This document shows, piece by piece, positions 9,430-19,634 of a stretch of DNA of 64,000 nucleotides. The notes beneath the pieces were generated by a model that was not told the DNA's origin, ran no database searches, and saw only the letters and a program-made list of their open reading frames with translations. The DNA is from an uncultured Anaerolineales bacterium (GTDB lineage: Bacteria; Chloroflexota; Anaerolineae; Anaerolineales; UBA6663), in contig CALFZO010000139.1 of NCBI GenBank assembly GCA_937952305.1, forward strand, positions 36,355 to 100,354, given 5' to 3'. The position numbers and the translations under genes were made by a program. Each line of letters starts with the position of its first letter. Position 1 is the first letter of the stretch.

Positions 9430-10833
9430 TTACAGATGATAGGCCTGCTTGGCCAGGCCGTAGGCCAGGGCCTGCGCCATCTGGTGCGCGGCCTCCAGGT
9501 CCACGATATGCCGGGCCACCAACCCGGCCAGCCAGTTCGCGCTGGCCCGCCGCCACAGGTCGTGCCGGACCGGGATCGAGCAGAAGGCGCGGGTGTCGTC
9601 CACAAAGCCGGTGGTGTTGTAGAGGCCGGCCGTCTCCATCACCTGATCGAAGAAGCGCGCCATGCCATTGAGGCTGTCGAAGAACCACCACGGCGGCCCC
9701 AAACGCACGGCCGGATAATGGCCGGCCAACGGCGCCAACTCCCGGCTGTAGGTGGTCTCGTCCAGCGTGAACAGGAGCAGGCGGAAGCGTGGGTCGTTGC
9801 CAAAGCCATCCAGCAGCGGCCGCAGCGCGCGCGTGTACTCGGTGGCCACCGGAATGTCCGCGCCCTTGTCGGCGCCGAAGTCGCGCGCCAGCGGCGGGTT
9901 GTGGTCGCGGAAAGCGCCGGGGTGCAGCTGCATCACCAGCCCGTCTTCGACGCTCATCCGCGCCATCTCGAACAACATGTGGGCCGTGAAGCGCGGCGCG
10001 TCACCGGGTTCCGGGCGGCCCTGCAGCGCACGCTGGAAGATGGCCTCGGCCTCGGGTTCGGACAGGGGCCGGACCTCGGCGGTCAGCGCGGCGTGGTCCG
10101 TGGCGGTCGCGCCCAGGCGCTTGAAGTGCGCGCGGCGCTCCTCCAGAGCGGTTAAGTAGAGGCGGTAGCTGGTAATCGCGCGGCCGCTGATGGCGCTGAG
10201 CGCGTCCAGGTTGACGCGCCAGTCGGGACGGTCCAAGTTGACGACGCCATCCGGCCGGAAGGTGGGCCGGACCTGGCCTCTCCAGCCGGAGGCCCGGATC
10301 GCCTGATGCTCCGTCAGCGGGTCGCTGGCGGCATCTGTGGTGCACAGCACTTCCAGGTTGAAGCGCTCGAAGAGGGCGCGCGGACGGAACTCCGGCCCGG
10401 CCAGCTTGGCGGCGATCTGATCGTAGACGCGCTGGGCGGACGCGGCTGTCAGCGGCTCGCTCACGTCGAAGAGCTGTTCGAATTCGGCCGTCAGCCACAG
10501 GCCCGAGGGCGTGCCCTGGAAGAGGTGGAAATGCTCGGCGAAGGTCTGCCAGATGCGGCGGTGGTCGGTCTCGACGGGAGCGCCGTCGCGGCGCGCGATC
10601 CCGAGGCGCTCCAAGGCGACGCCCTGCGAATACAGCATCCGGAAGAGGTAGTGATCCGGGAGGATGAGCAGGTCCACCGGCGTCCCGAACGAGTAATCCG
10701 GGTCGGCGAACAGCTTGGGGTCGACGTGGCCGTGCGGCGAGACCAGGGGCAGGTGCGCGATGGGCGCATACAGTTCGGCCGCCAGCGCGCGCACGCCCGG
10801 CTCGGGGTTGAAGAAGCGGTGGGGGTGAAGCAT
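9430..10833 (-). CDS. uxaC: Glucuronate (uronate) isomerase
   Basis: The N-terminus MLHPHRFFNPEPGVRALAAELYAPIAHLPLVSPHGHVDPKLF is typical of UxaC, and the length is about 467 aa. Confidence 0.85.
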   Translation of the reverse strand: MLHPHRFFNPEPGVRALAAELYAPIAHLPLVSPHGHVDPKLFADPDYSFGTPVDLLILPDHYLFRMLYSQGVALERLGIARRDGAPVETDHRRIWQTFAEHFHLFQGTPSGLWLTAEFEQLFDVSEPLTAASAQRVYDQIAAKLAGPEFRPRALFERFNLEVLCTTDAASDPLTEHQAIRASGWRGQVRPTFRPDGVVNLDRPDWRVNLDALSAISGRAITSYRLYLTALEERRAHFKRLGATATDHAALTAEVRPLSEPEAEAIFQRALQGRPEPGDAPRFTAHMLFEMARMSVEDGLVMQLHPGAFRDHNPPLARDFGADKGADIPVATEYTRALRPLLDGFGNDPRFRLLLFTLDETTYSRELAPLAGHYPAVRLGPPWWFFDSLNGMARFFDQVMETAGLYNTTGFVDDTRAFCSIPVRHDLWRRASANWLAGLVARHIVDLEAAHQMAQALAYGLAKQAYHL

Positions 10834-10853
10834 CGGGTGTTCCTTGGGCCAGG

Positions 10854-12038
10854 TCAATGAGCGGCGCCGCCCTCGCGCAGCGCCTCCCACATGGCCAGGA
10901 CGTTCTCAGGCGGGACGTCGGCCTGAATGTTGTGGATGGTGTTGAAGACGTAACCGCCGCCCGGGGCCAGCGCCTCTATGTTGCGCTTCACGTTGTCGCG
11001 CACGTCCTGAGGCGTGCCAAATGGCAGCACGCTCTGAGTCTCCACGCCGCCGCCCCAAAAAGCCAGGTCCCGCCCGAAGTCGCGCTTGAGGGCGGCCGGC
11101 TCCATGCCGGTGGCCGTGATATGGATCGGGTTGAGCACCTCCACGTCGATCTCGATCAGGTCCGGCAGGATCGGGCGGATGTTGCCGTCCGAGTGGAAGA
11201 AACGCTTGGCGTTGGGGGCGAGCTGCTTGAGCCGCGCGAAGAGCGCGGCCAGGCGCGGCTTGAAGAGCTTGCGGAACATGCGCGGCGAGACGAGCTGGGA
11301 GGTCTGCGTGCCGTAATCGTCGGCCTCGGAGATCACGTCCACCACATCGGCCAGCTGCGGCAGCGCCATCTCCCAGAAGGCGAGCTTCAGCTCCAGCATC
11401 TTGTCCAGGAAGGCGCAGGCCAGGCGCTCGTCCGCGGCCAGGTCCATCAGCAGGGCCTGCATGCCGCGCACGCGCTGCGACATCTCAAAGATGCCGGCCA
11501 GCACGCCCTTGACCATCACGGCCCGGCCCTGGGCCCGGTAGGCCAGCGCCAACTCCCGCAGCCCCGCGATGCGCCGCGGGTCGCCCGTCCACGGCCAGGG
11601 ATGCGCGGCCACGGCCTCGGGCGTGAGCGGATCCGCGGCCAGCGGCGACTTCACTACCGAATAGTACAGCACGTCCTTGGGGCGGCGGTGGGTGATGCCC
11701 CACTCGTCGTGGTACTCCCAGGCCTCGCCCTGGTCCACGTCCACGATGTTCCAGTTGTGGCTGTTGAGCGGGAACAACCCGCGCACGTCCACGCCCAGGC
11801 GCTCGATCAGGTCGTCGTCCGGCAGGGCCAGCTGCTGGATCGTGTCGCACAGCGTGGGCGTAACCGGCGGCAGGCCCAGGGCGGCGCGCAGGTTTTGGTA
11901 GGCCACGACGTGAATGCCCGTGACCTGCGTGCTGCCCAGGTCGAACGGCACACGGTCTGGCTCACGGTGGTTCAGCGCGGCCAGCAAGCGTTCGCGCGAG
12001 CCGGTCGCGGACAGCGGGGACAGCGCTGGCAGGGTCAT
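10854..12038 (-). CDS. URO-D/MtaA-superfamily protein, paralog 2
   Basis: RERLLAALNHREPDRVPFDLGST is a typical URO-D-family N-terminus. H-S-D-G (FFHSDGN) occupies the position where other paralogs have H-x-C-G. The start overlaps the nagB stop (ATGA). Confidence 0.6.
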   Translation of the reverse strand: MTLPALSPLSATGSRERLLAALNHREPDRVPFDLGSTQVTGIHVVAYQNLRAALGLPPVTPTLCDTIQQLALPDDDLIERLGVDVRGLFPLNSHNWNIVDVDQGEAWEYHDEWGITHRRPKDVLYYSVVKSPLAADPLTPEAVAAHPWPWTGDPRRIAGLRELALAYRAQGRAVMVKGVLAGIFEMSQRVRGMQALLMDLAADERLACAFLDKMLELKLAFWEMALPQLADVVDVISEADDYGTQTSQLVSPRMFRKLFKPRLAALFARLKQLAPNAKRFFHSDGNIRPILPDLIEIDVEVLNPIHITATGMEPAALKRDFGRDLAFWGGGVETQSVLPFGTPQDVRDNVKRNIEALAPGGGYVFNTIHNIQADVPPENVLAMWEALREGGAAH

Positions 12039-12820
12039 GGCAGCCTCGCGGCGGAGTCCTGATCCAGGAAGAGGCGGGCGTGCGGGCAGCGCCGCAGGAT
12101 CGAGGCCGGGCAGGCCTCGCTGACTGGGCCGCGCAGGGCGCGCTCCACGGCTTCGGCTTTGCGCGCCTCCGGCACAATGGCGAGCACGCGCCGGGCGGAG
12201 AGCAGGGCCGGGATGGTGAGCGTGATGGCGTGCGTGGGCACCTCGTCGAGAGCGGCAAAATGGCCCTCACCCACCTGCTGCCGGCGCGAGGCCTCCGCCA
12301 GTTTGATCACCTTCACCCAGACCGGATCGGCGAAGTCGGCGTAGGGCGGATCGTTGAAGGCCAGATGCCCGTTCTCGCCGATGCCGAGCGCGCACAGGTC
12401 GATGGGCTGAGCGCGCAGGGCGGCCTCATACGTGGCGCACAGGTTGGCGGCCTGGTCGGCCTGCCCCCCAACCGCGAAGAAGCGGCGCGGCTTGACGGCG
12501 TCCAGCAGATGCCGGCGCAGAAACGCCGGGAAACTAGCCGGATGACCCTCCGGCAGCCCCAGATACTCGTCCATGTGGAAGACATTGACGGCGGACCAAT
12601 CCACCCGCGAGTCTTCGCGGAGCGCGTGCAGGAACGTCAACTGCGAATTGCCGGTGGCCAGAATGACGTTGGCGACGCCGCGCTCAGAGATGGCGGCCTG
12701 GAGGACGTCCACCGCCTCATCGGCGGCCGCCCGGCCGAGGGCCTGGTTGGTCGGGTAGACGCGGACGAGCAAGTCATCACAGTGGGAGGCAGAGAGGAAG
12801 TTCGGCATCGGACCTTTCAT
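12035..12820 (-). CDS. nagB: Glucosamine-6-phosphate deaminase
   Basis: ILATGNSQLTFLHAL and FHMDEYLGLPEGHPASF motifs. The start overlaps the SGNH gene stop (ATGA). Confidence 0.85.
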   Translation of the reverse strand: MKGPMPNFLSASHCDDLLVRVYPTNQALGRAAADEAVDVLQAAISERGVANVILATGNSQLTFLHALREDSRVDWSAVNVFHMDEYLGLPEGHPASFPAFLRRHLLDAVKPRRFFAVGGQADQAANLCATYEAALRAQPIDLCALGIGENGHLAFNDPPYADFADPVWVKVIKLAEASRRQQVGEGHFAALDEVPTHAITLTIPALLSARRVLAIVPEARKAEAVERALRGPVSEACPASILRRCPHARLFLDQDSAARLP

Positions 12821-13443
12821 CAGGTGGGCGAGCCCAGCAGCGGGTACAGGCCGCCGGCCAGGAAGGCGGCCTGCTGCGCGCGGGCCGCCTCGGTGAAGTG
12901 GACGTGATCGCTATAGGCCGCGCGGCCCAGGGTGAGCGTGAACGTGAACAGATCCAGGGTGACGACGCCGCAGGCCCGCATGACCTCATCCGCGGCGCGG
13001 TTGTACGCCTCGACATCGGCCGCGAAGCGCCGAAACCCCAGACCGGGCCGGTTGTGCAGCTCATCCACGACCGGGGTGGTTCGGACCCACCCGACGCGGC
13101 CGGCCAGCCCGCGCGCGAGGGCCAGGATCTCAGCCAGATTGGCGCGGTACTCGTCCAGAGGCACCTGCAGCTCGCCCGTCTCGGATGAGCGCCGGAGATC
13201 ATGCAGGCCGCAGTTCACCAGCAAGAGGTCAAATTGGCCGGCCGGCGGCAGCGAGGCCAGGTACGCGCGCACCCGGCGCGAGTCGCCGCCGTTGGCGTCG
13301 CTGTCCTCGTCCAATTCGCCGTTCGGCCCGGTCTTGCGCGAATACTGCGCGGTCCCGGCCAGCCGGGCTTCCAGGTGCGGGCCGTAATGGATCGAGATGC
13401 TGTCCCCCACGACGTGCAGGCGGGACAGGCTCTCAGCCGGCAT
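12820..13443 (-). CDS. SGNH/GDSL-family hydrolase (putative sugar esterase)
   Basis: Block I is HVVGDSISIHYG, and a later block GLHD... follows. I preferred the start at 13443 (GGGGAG RBS 7 nt upstream) over 13494. Confidence 0.65.
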   Translation of the reverse strand: MPAESLSRLHVVGDSISIHYGPHLEARLAGTAQYSRKTGPNGELDEDSDANGGDSRRVRAYLASLPPAGQFDLLLVNCGLHDLRRSSETGELQVPLDEYRANLAEILALARGLAGRVGWVRTTPVVDELHNRPGLGFRRFAADVEAYNRAADEVMRACGVVTLDLFTFTLTLGRAAYSDHVHFTEAARAQQAAFLAGGLYPLLGSPT

Positions 13444-14614
13444 CGACCCACTCCCCGCCGATGAGCGTGCGCCAGACACTGAGATCGTCGTCAAAGATCG
13501 CGATGTCGGCGTCTTGGCCGGGCGCCAGGCTGCCTTTGCGGTCCGTGACGCCGAGAATGCGGGCGGGCGTCTGGGTGATCATCTGAACGGCCTCCGCGAG
13601 CGGGATACCGGCGCGGCCCGTCAGGATCGGGAGCATGCCGCCCAGGAGCGTGGTGCTGCCGGCGAAGGCCGACCGGTCAAACAGCATGCCGACGCCCTCG
13701 CAGACTTCGTATTCCATATCACCCATGCGGAAGCGCGCGCCCTCCGGCAGGCCGGCGCCGCTGGTAGCGTCGGAAACGGCGCAGAGGCGCTCCGGGCCTA
13801 GGCACTTGTAGGCCAACTGCATCAGGGTGGCGGGCAGGTGTCGGTCGTCGGCGATGATCTCACCGGTCAACCCCTCGAAGGTGAGCGCTGCCTCCAGCAG
13901 GCCTGGCTTCCGCCACGGGCCTTCGCGCACCGTCATCGACATGGCGCTCCACAAATGCGTGACGTGCCGCAGGCCGAGCGCCATCCCGTCGCGGATGTGC
14001 GTATCCTGCGCGGCGCTGTGGCCGGCCGCCGGGATAATCCCAGCCTCGGCCAACGCCCGCACCAACGCCAGCCCGCCCGGCAGCTCCGGGGCGATCGTCA
14101 TGACGCGCAGCACATCCCGGTACTGGAGCAGGGCCGCGGGCGAACCATCGACAGCCAGGCGCAGGTGGCGCGGGTCGAGCGCCCCTTTCTGGGCCGGGTT
14201 GATATAGGGGCTCTCGAGGTACAGCCCCAGCACCTGCGCGCCCGGGCGCGGGGTCGCCATCCACGCGCGGCCGAAGGCCAGGCACTCCAGCAGGTCCGGC
14301 AAGCCGGCCGGCGCCAGCGTAGCCAGCAAGCTGGTGACGCCGTGGCGGGCGTTCGCCTGGCAGATCACGCCAAACGCCTCGGGCGTCGGTTCGTTGAACG
14401 TGTGGCCCAGCGCCCCGTGCGTGTGCAGGTCGATCAGGCCCGGCGTGATCAGGCGGCCGGCGACGTCGACGCGCGCCATGTCCCGGCCGAGCGCGGCGTC
14501 CTCGGCCAGCGCCGCGATGCGCCCGTCCTGGATCAGGATCGCCAGGCCGGCCCGCAGGCCGGCGGGCGTCACGGCGCGCCCATTCACCAGGGCGAACGGG
14601 GCGCCGGGGATCAT
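13433..14614 (-). CDS. nagA: N-acetylglucosamine-6-phosphate deacetylase
   Basis: Amidohydrolase metal motif GLIDLHTHGALGHTF, NagA-like length (393 aa), and a position next to nagB. Confidence 0.8.
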   Translation of the reverse strand: MIPGAPFALVNGRAVTPAGLRAGLAILIQDGRIAALAEDAALGRDMARVDVAGRLITPGLIDLHTHGALGHTFNEPTPEAFGVICQANARHGVTSLLATLAPAGLPDLLECLAFGRAWMATPRPGAQVLGLYLESPYINPAQKGALDPRHLRLAVDGSPAALLQYRDVLRVMTIAPELPGGLALVRALAEAGIIPAAGHSAAQDTHIRDGMALGLRHVTHLWSAMSMTVREGPWRKPGLLEAALTFEGLTGEIIADDRHLPATLMQLAYKCLGPERLCAVSDATSGAGLPEGARFRMGDMEYEVCEGVGMLFDRSAFAGSTTLLGGMLPILTGRAGIPLAEAVQMITQTPARILGVTDRKGSLAPGQDADIAIFDDDLSVWRTLIGGEWVDAG

Positions 14615-15252
14615 GCTGCCGCGACCAGGGACTTGGCCAGGGTCACGGCGCGGCTGGCATCCGGGGCGTAACCATCCGCCCCGATTTTTTGGGCGAACAC
14701 CTCAGTGACCGGCGCGCCGCCGACGATCACGCGCACCTGGTCCCGCAGGCCGGCCGCGGTCAGAGCGTCGAGCGTGGCTTTCATATTGGGCATGGTCGTC
14801 GTCAGGAGCGCCGAGAGCGCCACGATCTGCGGCTGGTGCGCGCGGACCGCGTCGACGAACTTCTGGGGCGGCACGTCCACGCCCAGGTCCACGATGTCAA
14901 ACGCGGCGCCCTCCAACATCATGCCCACCAGGTTCTTGCCGATGTCGTGCAGGTCGCCCTTCACCGTGCCCAGCACGATCTTGCCGGAGGATTTGATATC
15001 CGCCTGAACCAGGTGCGGCCTGAGCAGTTCCAGACCGGCCTGCATGGCGCGCGCGGCGATGAGCATTTCGGGCACGAAATAATCGCCCTGCTCGAACAAT
15101 CGGCCGACTTCGGCCATCGCCGCGATCATGCCGTCGGTCAGGATGTGGGCCGGCCCCTGGCCGGCCTGCAGCGCCGCGGCGACGGCCGTGGTCGTCGCCT
15201 CGCCCTCGCCATTGAGGACGCCCTCGTAAACAGCCCGGATATACTCGTTCAT
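14611..15252 (-). CDS. Cobalamin-binding corrinoid protein (MtaC/MtvC-like)
   Basis: N-terminal helical cap followed by a B12-binding Rossmann domain with D-x-H-x-x-G (GDLHDIGKNLV, 14938-14955), S-x-L (ALSALLTTT) and GG (VIVGGAPV). An AAGGAG RBS precedes ATG 15252. Confidence 0.85.
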   Translation of the reverse strand: MNEYIRAVYEGVLNGEGEATTTAVAAALQAGQGPAHILTDGMIAAMAEVGRLFEQGDYFVPEMLIAARAMQAGLELLRPHLVQADIKSSGKIVLGTVKGDLHDIGKNLVGMMLEGAAFDIVDLGVDVPPQKFVDAVRAHQPQIVALSALLTTTMPNMKATLDALTAAGLRDQVRVIVGGAPVTEVFAQKIGADGYAPDASRAVTLAKSLVAAA

Positions 15253-15277
15253 AGCGGTCTTCCTCTTCTCCTTCGTT

Positions 15278-16408
15278 TCAACCGCAGAGCGCGTGCAGGT
15301 CGGCATAGAGCCGCCGCTGTGCGTCTGGATCAGGTTCATACGTGACGACGATCAGCTTCAGGTTGGGCGCCCACAACCGTCGGGCCAGCGCCAGGACCTC
15401 GTCCGGCTCGGCCACCAGCCGGGCCTGGACGATAACGCCTGTGCCCGCGAACGCGTCCCGGAAGGCCTCCGGCCGGTTGGGCCGGGGATCGGTGCGCGGG
15501 CTGAAGGCCGCGTCCACCATGACCAGGCCCGGGATCTTACGCAGCGTCGGCAGCCAGCGGGCGTAGTCACCGCAGGAATGGATCGCGGCGCCCCCAAAGG
15601 CCTGGCCGAGGCGGGCGATGTCGGCGTTGCAGAATTCCTCGAACAGCCGGGGCGAGATCATGACCAGGTTGTCGGTGCTCAAGCCAAGGCCGGTCCCGGT
15701 GCGGGCGCTGGCGAAGCCATGGCCCGGCCGGGCCAGCCGCGCGCCGATCAAGTCGCTCTGCTGGCGCGTGAAGCGGATGAGTTCGTCCGTGACGGCCGCC
15801 AGAATTTCGCGCGCGCGCTGCGGCTGGTCGATCAGGCCCAGGAAGAAGGCGCTGGTGTCGATCAGCTCAGTGGCGACGTTGAGCGGCGCCTGAAGATCAC
15901 ACCACGACAGCGGCAGCCGGCCCTGGGTTGAGACCAGGAAATACTCGATGGTAGCCAGGGTCTCGCGCAGGATCGCGGCTTCGGAAACCGGGCGCGCGAC
16001 CAAGGGGGGCGTCTCGGCCAGCGAGGCATAGAGCGGGCGCACCACCGGCGCCTGGCCCTCCGGCCATTCGTACTGCGCGCCAAACGCCGAAGCCGTCGTC
16101 CCAATGCCGTACCAGGGTTCCAGATACATCGGCGCGTCGGTGGCGTAATCGAGCGACCGGGTCAGCGCGCCAAGCTGGAGGTGCAGCGACCGGGTTCGGT
16201 CCCGGCAGGCATCCCGGAAGACCTCGCCGGCGCGGACCCGCTGCCAGACGGCCAGCCCGGCCGGCCGGCTGAGGAAATCCGCATAGCGCTGATCGGCCGC
16301 GGCCGCGTGGGCCTCAAAGCGCTCGAAGTCGAAGGCCACCGGCGCGCACGGAGTGACCGGCAGCGCCTGGGCGTCCGGCAGGTTGAAGTCGAAGCTGGAA
16401 GTAGTCAT
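15278..16408 (-). CDS. URO-D/MtaA-superfamily protein, paralog 3 (putative substrate:corrinoid methyltransferase)
   Basis: About 376 aa with H-S-C-G at 15569-15580 (AAIHSCGDY). It lies immediately upstream of the corrinoid protein. The start overlaps the stop of paralog 4 (ATGA at 16406-16410). Confidence 0.5.
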   Translation of the reverse strand: MTTSSFDFNLPDAQALPVTPCAPVAFDFERFEAHAAAADQRYADFLSRPAGLAVWQRVRAGEVFRDACRDRTRSLHLQLGALTRSLDYATDAPMYLEPWYGIGTTASAFGAQYEWPEGQAPVVRPLYASLAETPPLVARPVSEAAILRETLATIEYFLVSTQGRLPLSWCDLQAPLNVATELIDTSAFFLGLIDQPQRAREILAAVTDELIRFTRQQSDLIGARLARPGHGFASARTGTGLGLSTDNLVMISPRLFEEFCNADIARLGQAFGGAAIHSCGDYARWLPTLRKIPGLVMVDAAFSPRTDPRPNRPEAFRDAFAGTGVIVQARLVAEPDEVLALARRLWAPNLKLIVVTYEPDPDAQRRLYADLHALCG

Positions 16409-17577
16409 CAGTTGAGGCGCCCGTACTCGCGGGCCGCGTCCCGGAAGTGGACCAGATTCGCCCACGGCGTCAGGGGCGAAGTCATGCAGCTCGAGGCGAA
16501 GATGAAGTGACGGCGATCCCCCATCGAGGCGAACAACTCCCGCGTGTAGGCGTGGATCTGCGCCTCGGCGTCGGCCTCCAGTTCCAGGTGGGCCGTGTCC
16601 ATGCCGCCATTCACCGTGAAGGCGGCATAGGCGCTGGCCGCCCGCGCGCCCCCTAAAGCCACATCGCCGAGCGGCGGCGGCGTGATCCCTTCCAGGCAGT
16701 CCACGCGCGAGGCGCCGACCTGCTTGAGCAGGGCCTTGTTGCGCCCGCAGGCGTGCACCACCAGGAGCTTGCCGTGGCCGTGGACGATCTCGGCCGCGCG
16801 GCTGAAGAACTCCTGGCAGTAGTCGCGATAGAAGTAGGGCGGGTAAAAGCCGGAGTCTAGGTTGTCGTGCGAGATGAAGATCTCGGCCCCCGGGTGGGCG
16901 GCGACCTTCTCCAGAAAGGCGAGGGCTTTCTCCGTATGGATCTGGGCCAGGGCTTTCATCTCAGCCGGGTGATCCACCATGAAGAGCGTGGCATTTTGCT
17001 GTCCGGCCAGCCAATGCAGGGTTTTGAGCGGCGACTGGGAGATGTTGAGCATGACCAGGCCGTCGTCGCCCACGGCCCCGGCCCACCGGTCGAACAGGGC
17101 CGCGTCGAACTCATACTCGCGCGCCTCCAGCAGGGAACGGACCGCCGGGTACTCGGACCAGTCTTTCCACCAGTGCTCGCTCTCGAAGTCCGCGCCGGTC
17201 TCGGGTGAGAGCGTCCAGCGCTGGGTGAGCCGGCCGTGGGGCGTGGCCACCGTCTGGCGGCGTTGGCTGGTGTGCGGCGGGTAGATATTGAAGGCCGTCA
17301 CGCGCGATTCGGCCAGGTCACTCTCCCCGCTGAACTCGCTGGTGTACGTCCCGGGCGGGTAGACCTCGCGCAGCGCCCATTGGGTGTCCCAGCGGGCCAG
17401 GATATCGGCGCCGAGGCGGCGCAGCACGTCCAGCGGGTGGCGGGCGTCGCGGACCTCGGCCGGCAGCGTGCCGCGGTACTTGTGGTAGTAGAACCACAAG
17501 TAGATGTTGGGCGCGAACGGGACCAGGTCAGCTGGCCGGCCGTGGAAAGCGGCCAGGAGGCGATCACGCGGGGTCAT
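16408..17577 (-). CDS. URO-D/MtaA-superfamily protein, paralog 4
   Basis: N-terminus [28 protein letters not shown] at 16744-16755, and a later Cys (FASSCMTSP). The start overlaps the ABC ATPase stop. Confidence 0.55.
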   Translation of the reverse strand: MTPRDRLLAAFHGRPADLVPFAPNIYLWFYYHKYRGTLPAEVRDARHPLDVLRRLGADILARWDTQWALREVYPPGTYTSEFSGESDLAESRVTAFNIYPPHTSQRRQTVATPHGRLTQRWTLSPETGADFESEHWWKDWSEYPAVRSLLEAREYEFDAALFDRWAGAVGDDGLVMLNISQSPLKTLHWLAGQQNATLFMVDHPAEMKALAQIHTEKALAFLEKVAAHPGAEIFISHDNLDSGFYPPYFYRDYCQEFFSRAAEIVHGHGKLLVVHACGRNKALLKQVGASRVDCLEGITPPPLGDVALGGARAASAYAAFTVNGGMDTAHLELEADAEAQIHAYTRELFASMGDRRHFIFASSCMTSPLTPWANLVHFRDAAREYGRLN

Positions 17578-18587
17578 TGGACCACCCCCGGGAGCTGCAA
17601 TTCGTCCGCCCGATGGCAGCTCACGAAGCGGCCGGGCGCGACCTCGCGGTTCACCGGCGCCTCGGTGCGGCAGACCTCGGCCGCGAACGGGCAGCGCGGG
17701 TGGAAATAGCAGCCGGACGGCGGATTGGCCGGGCTGGGCACGTCGCCCTTCAGCTCCACATCCCCGGAGCGCACGGCGGGGTCCGGCACGGGCACGGCCG
17801 CCAGCAGCGCCGCGGTATAAGGGTGACGCGGGGCCTGGAACAGCGCCTGGGTCTCGCCCAGCTCCACGAGCTGGCCGACGTACATCACCGCCACCCGGTC
17901 ACAGATATGCTTGACCACGCCCAGGTTGTGGGCGACAAACAGGTAGGTCAGGCTCAGGCGCTTCTGCAGTTCCAGCAGGAGATTAAGAATCTGGGCCTGG
18001 ACGGAGACATCCAGAGCAGAGACCGGCTCATCGGCCACCACGAGCCGCGGGTTGAGCGCCAGCGCGCGGGCGATGCCGATGCGCTGGCGTTGGCCGCCGC
18101 TGAAGGCGTGCGGGAAGCGCTGCATATACTCAGGCCGCAGGCCGACCAAGCGCAGCAGTTCGGCCACCTGGTCGGTCCGCGCCTGCCGGTCCCGCAGCCC
18201 GTTGACCAGCAGCGGCTCGCCGACGATATCGAACAACGTCATGCGCGGGTTCAGCGAACCGTAAGGATCCTGGAAGATCATCTGCATCTGCGGGCGCAGC
18301 GGGCGGAGTTCGGCGCGGCTGAGGCGGGCCAGGTCCACGGTGCGGCCTTCCTTCGTGTGGAAGTTCAGCTCACCGCTCGTGGGCGTATAGGCGCGCAGGA
18401 TGCAGCGGGAGACCGTGGTCTTGCCGCAGCCGCTCTCGCCCACCAGGCCCAGTGTTTCGCCGGCCGCGATTGTGAAACTGACATCGTCCACGGCGCGGAC
18501 GTTCCCGGCCACGCGCTGCAAAAGGCCGCGCCGGATGGGGAAGTATTTGCGCAGGTGCTTGACTTCGAGCAAGACGGGCGCGCTCAC
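17574..18587 (-). CDS. Opp/Dpp-type ABC transporter ATP-binding protein (OppF/DppF-like)
   Basis: Walker [10 protein letters not shown], signature FSGGQRQR, Walker B VVADEP, and a Cys-rich oligopeptide-ABC C-terminal domain. The GTG start overlaps the upstream stop. Confidence 0.85.
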   Translation of the reverse strand: MSAPVLLEVKHLRKYFPIRRGLLQRVAGNVRAVDDVSFTIAAGETLGLVGESGCGKTTVSRCILRAYTPTSGELNFHTKEGRTVDLARLSRAELRPLRPQMQMIFQDPYGSLNPRMTLFDIVGEPLLVNGLRDRQARTDQVAELLRLVGLRPEYMQRFPHAFSGGQRQRIGIARALALNPRLVVADEPVSALDVSVQAQILNLLLELQKRLSLTYLFVAHNLGVVKHICDRVAVMYVGQLVELGETQALFQAPRHPYTAALLAAVPVPDPAVRSGDVELKGDVPSPANPPSGCYFHPRCPFAAEVCRTEAPVNREVAPGRFVSCHRADELQLPGVVQ

Positions 18588-19624
18588 GCTTTGGCCTCCG
18601 CGGTTTGATACAGAAAGCAGCTCACCGACTGGTCTGGCCCGACCGCCTGGAGTTCGGGCGTGGCGGCGTCACACCGGCCGGGCATGCTTTGCGGGCAGCG
18701 CGGGTGGAACGGGCAGCCGCGCGGCCGGTTAAAGGGGTGCGGGATGGAGCCGCTGATCGTGGGCAAGGGCTCGCGCGGCGTCGACTGGACGGTCGGGATC
18801 GAGCGCAGCAAAGCCTGGGTGTACGGGTGCTTGGGCGCATGGAAGATCGCGTTCACCGGCCCCTGCTCCATCACCAGACCGAGGTACATCACCAGCACGT
18901 CGTGGGCCACCTGCGCGATCACGCCCAGATCGTGGGTGATGAAGATGATGGCGGCGTCGCGTTCCTGCTGGAGCTGCCGCAGGAGGCGCAGCACCTGGGC
19001 CTGCGTGGTGACGTCCACGGCCGTGGTGGGCTCATCGGCGATGAGGAGGCGCGGGTTGCAAGACAGCGCCATCGCGATGATCGCGCGTTGGCGCAGACCG
19101 CCGCTCAGCTGCCAGGAGTACGCGTCCAGGCGCTGCTCGGGCATGGGCATCCCGACGCTCTTGAAAAGCTCGACGGCCAGCCGGCGGCCCTCCCGGGGGC
19201 TCACCGCCTGGTGCAGCCGGATGGCCTCGACGATCTGGTCCCCGATGGTGTGCACGGGGCTGAAGGCCGCCATCGGCTCCTGGGGGATGAGGGCCATCTC
19301 GGCGCCGCGCAGGCCGCGCATGACGCTCCCGTTGGGGTCCAGCCGCGTCACGTCCACCACCTCTTCTTGCGTCGAACCCGGCCCGCCCTGCGGCTTGCGC
19401 CGCCACAGGATTTCCCCGGCCACGATGCGGCCCGGCGCCTCGATCAGCCTGAGCACGGCCTTCATCGCCACGCTTTTGCCGCAGCCGCTCTCGCCGACGA
19501 TGCCGAAGACCTTGCCGGGATAAACGTCGAAACTGACCCCCTCGACGGCGCGCACCACGCCCTCGTCCAAGGCGAACTGGACCTTAAGATTGCGGACCGA
19601 AAGGAGCGGCGCGGGCGCATTCAT
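18584..19624 (-). CDS. Opp/Dpp-type ABC transporter ATP-binding protein (OppD/DppD-like)
   Basis: Walker [10 protein letters not shown], signature LSGGLRQR, Walker B LIADEP, and a C-terminal four-Cys segment. Confidence 0.85.
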   Translation of the reverse strand: MNAPAPLLSVRNLKVQFALDEGVVRAVEGVSFDVYPGKVFGIVGESGCGKSVAMKAVLRLIEAPGRIVAGEILWRRKPQGGPGSTQEEVVDVTRLDPNGSVMRGLRGAEMALIPQEPMAAFSPVHTIGDQIVEAIRLHQAVSPREGRRLAVELFKSVGMPMPEQRLDAYSWQLSGGLRQRAIIAMALSCNPRLLIADEPTTAVDVTTQAQVLRLLRQLQQERDAAIIFITHDLGVIAQVAHDVLVMYLGLVMEQGPVNAIFHAPKHPYTQALLRSIPTVQSTPREPLPTISGSIPHPFNRPRGCPFHPRCPQSMPGRCDAATPELQAVGPDQSVSCFLYQTAEAKA

Positions 19625-19634
19625 AGGGCAGGCC

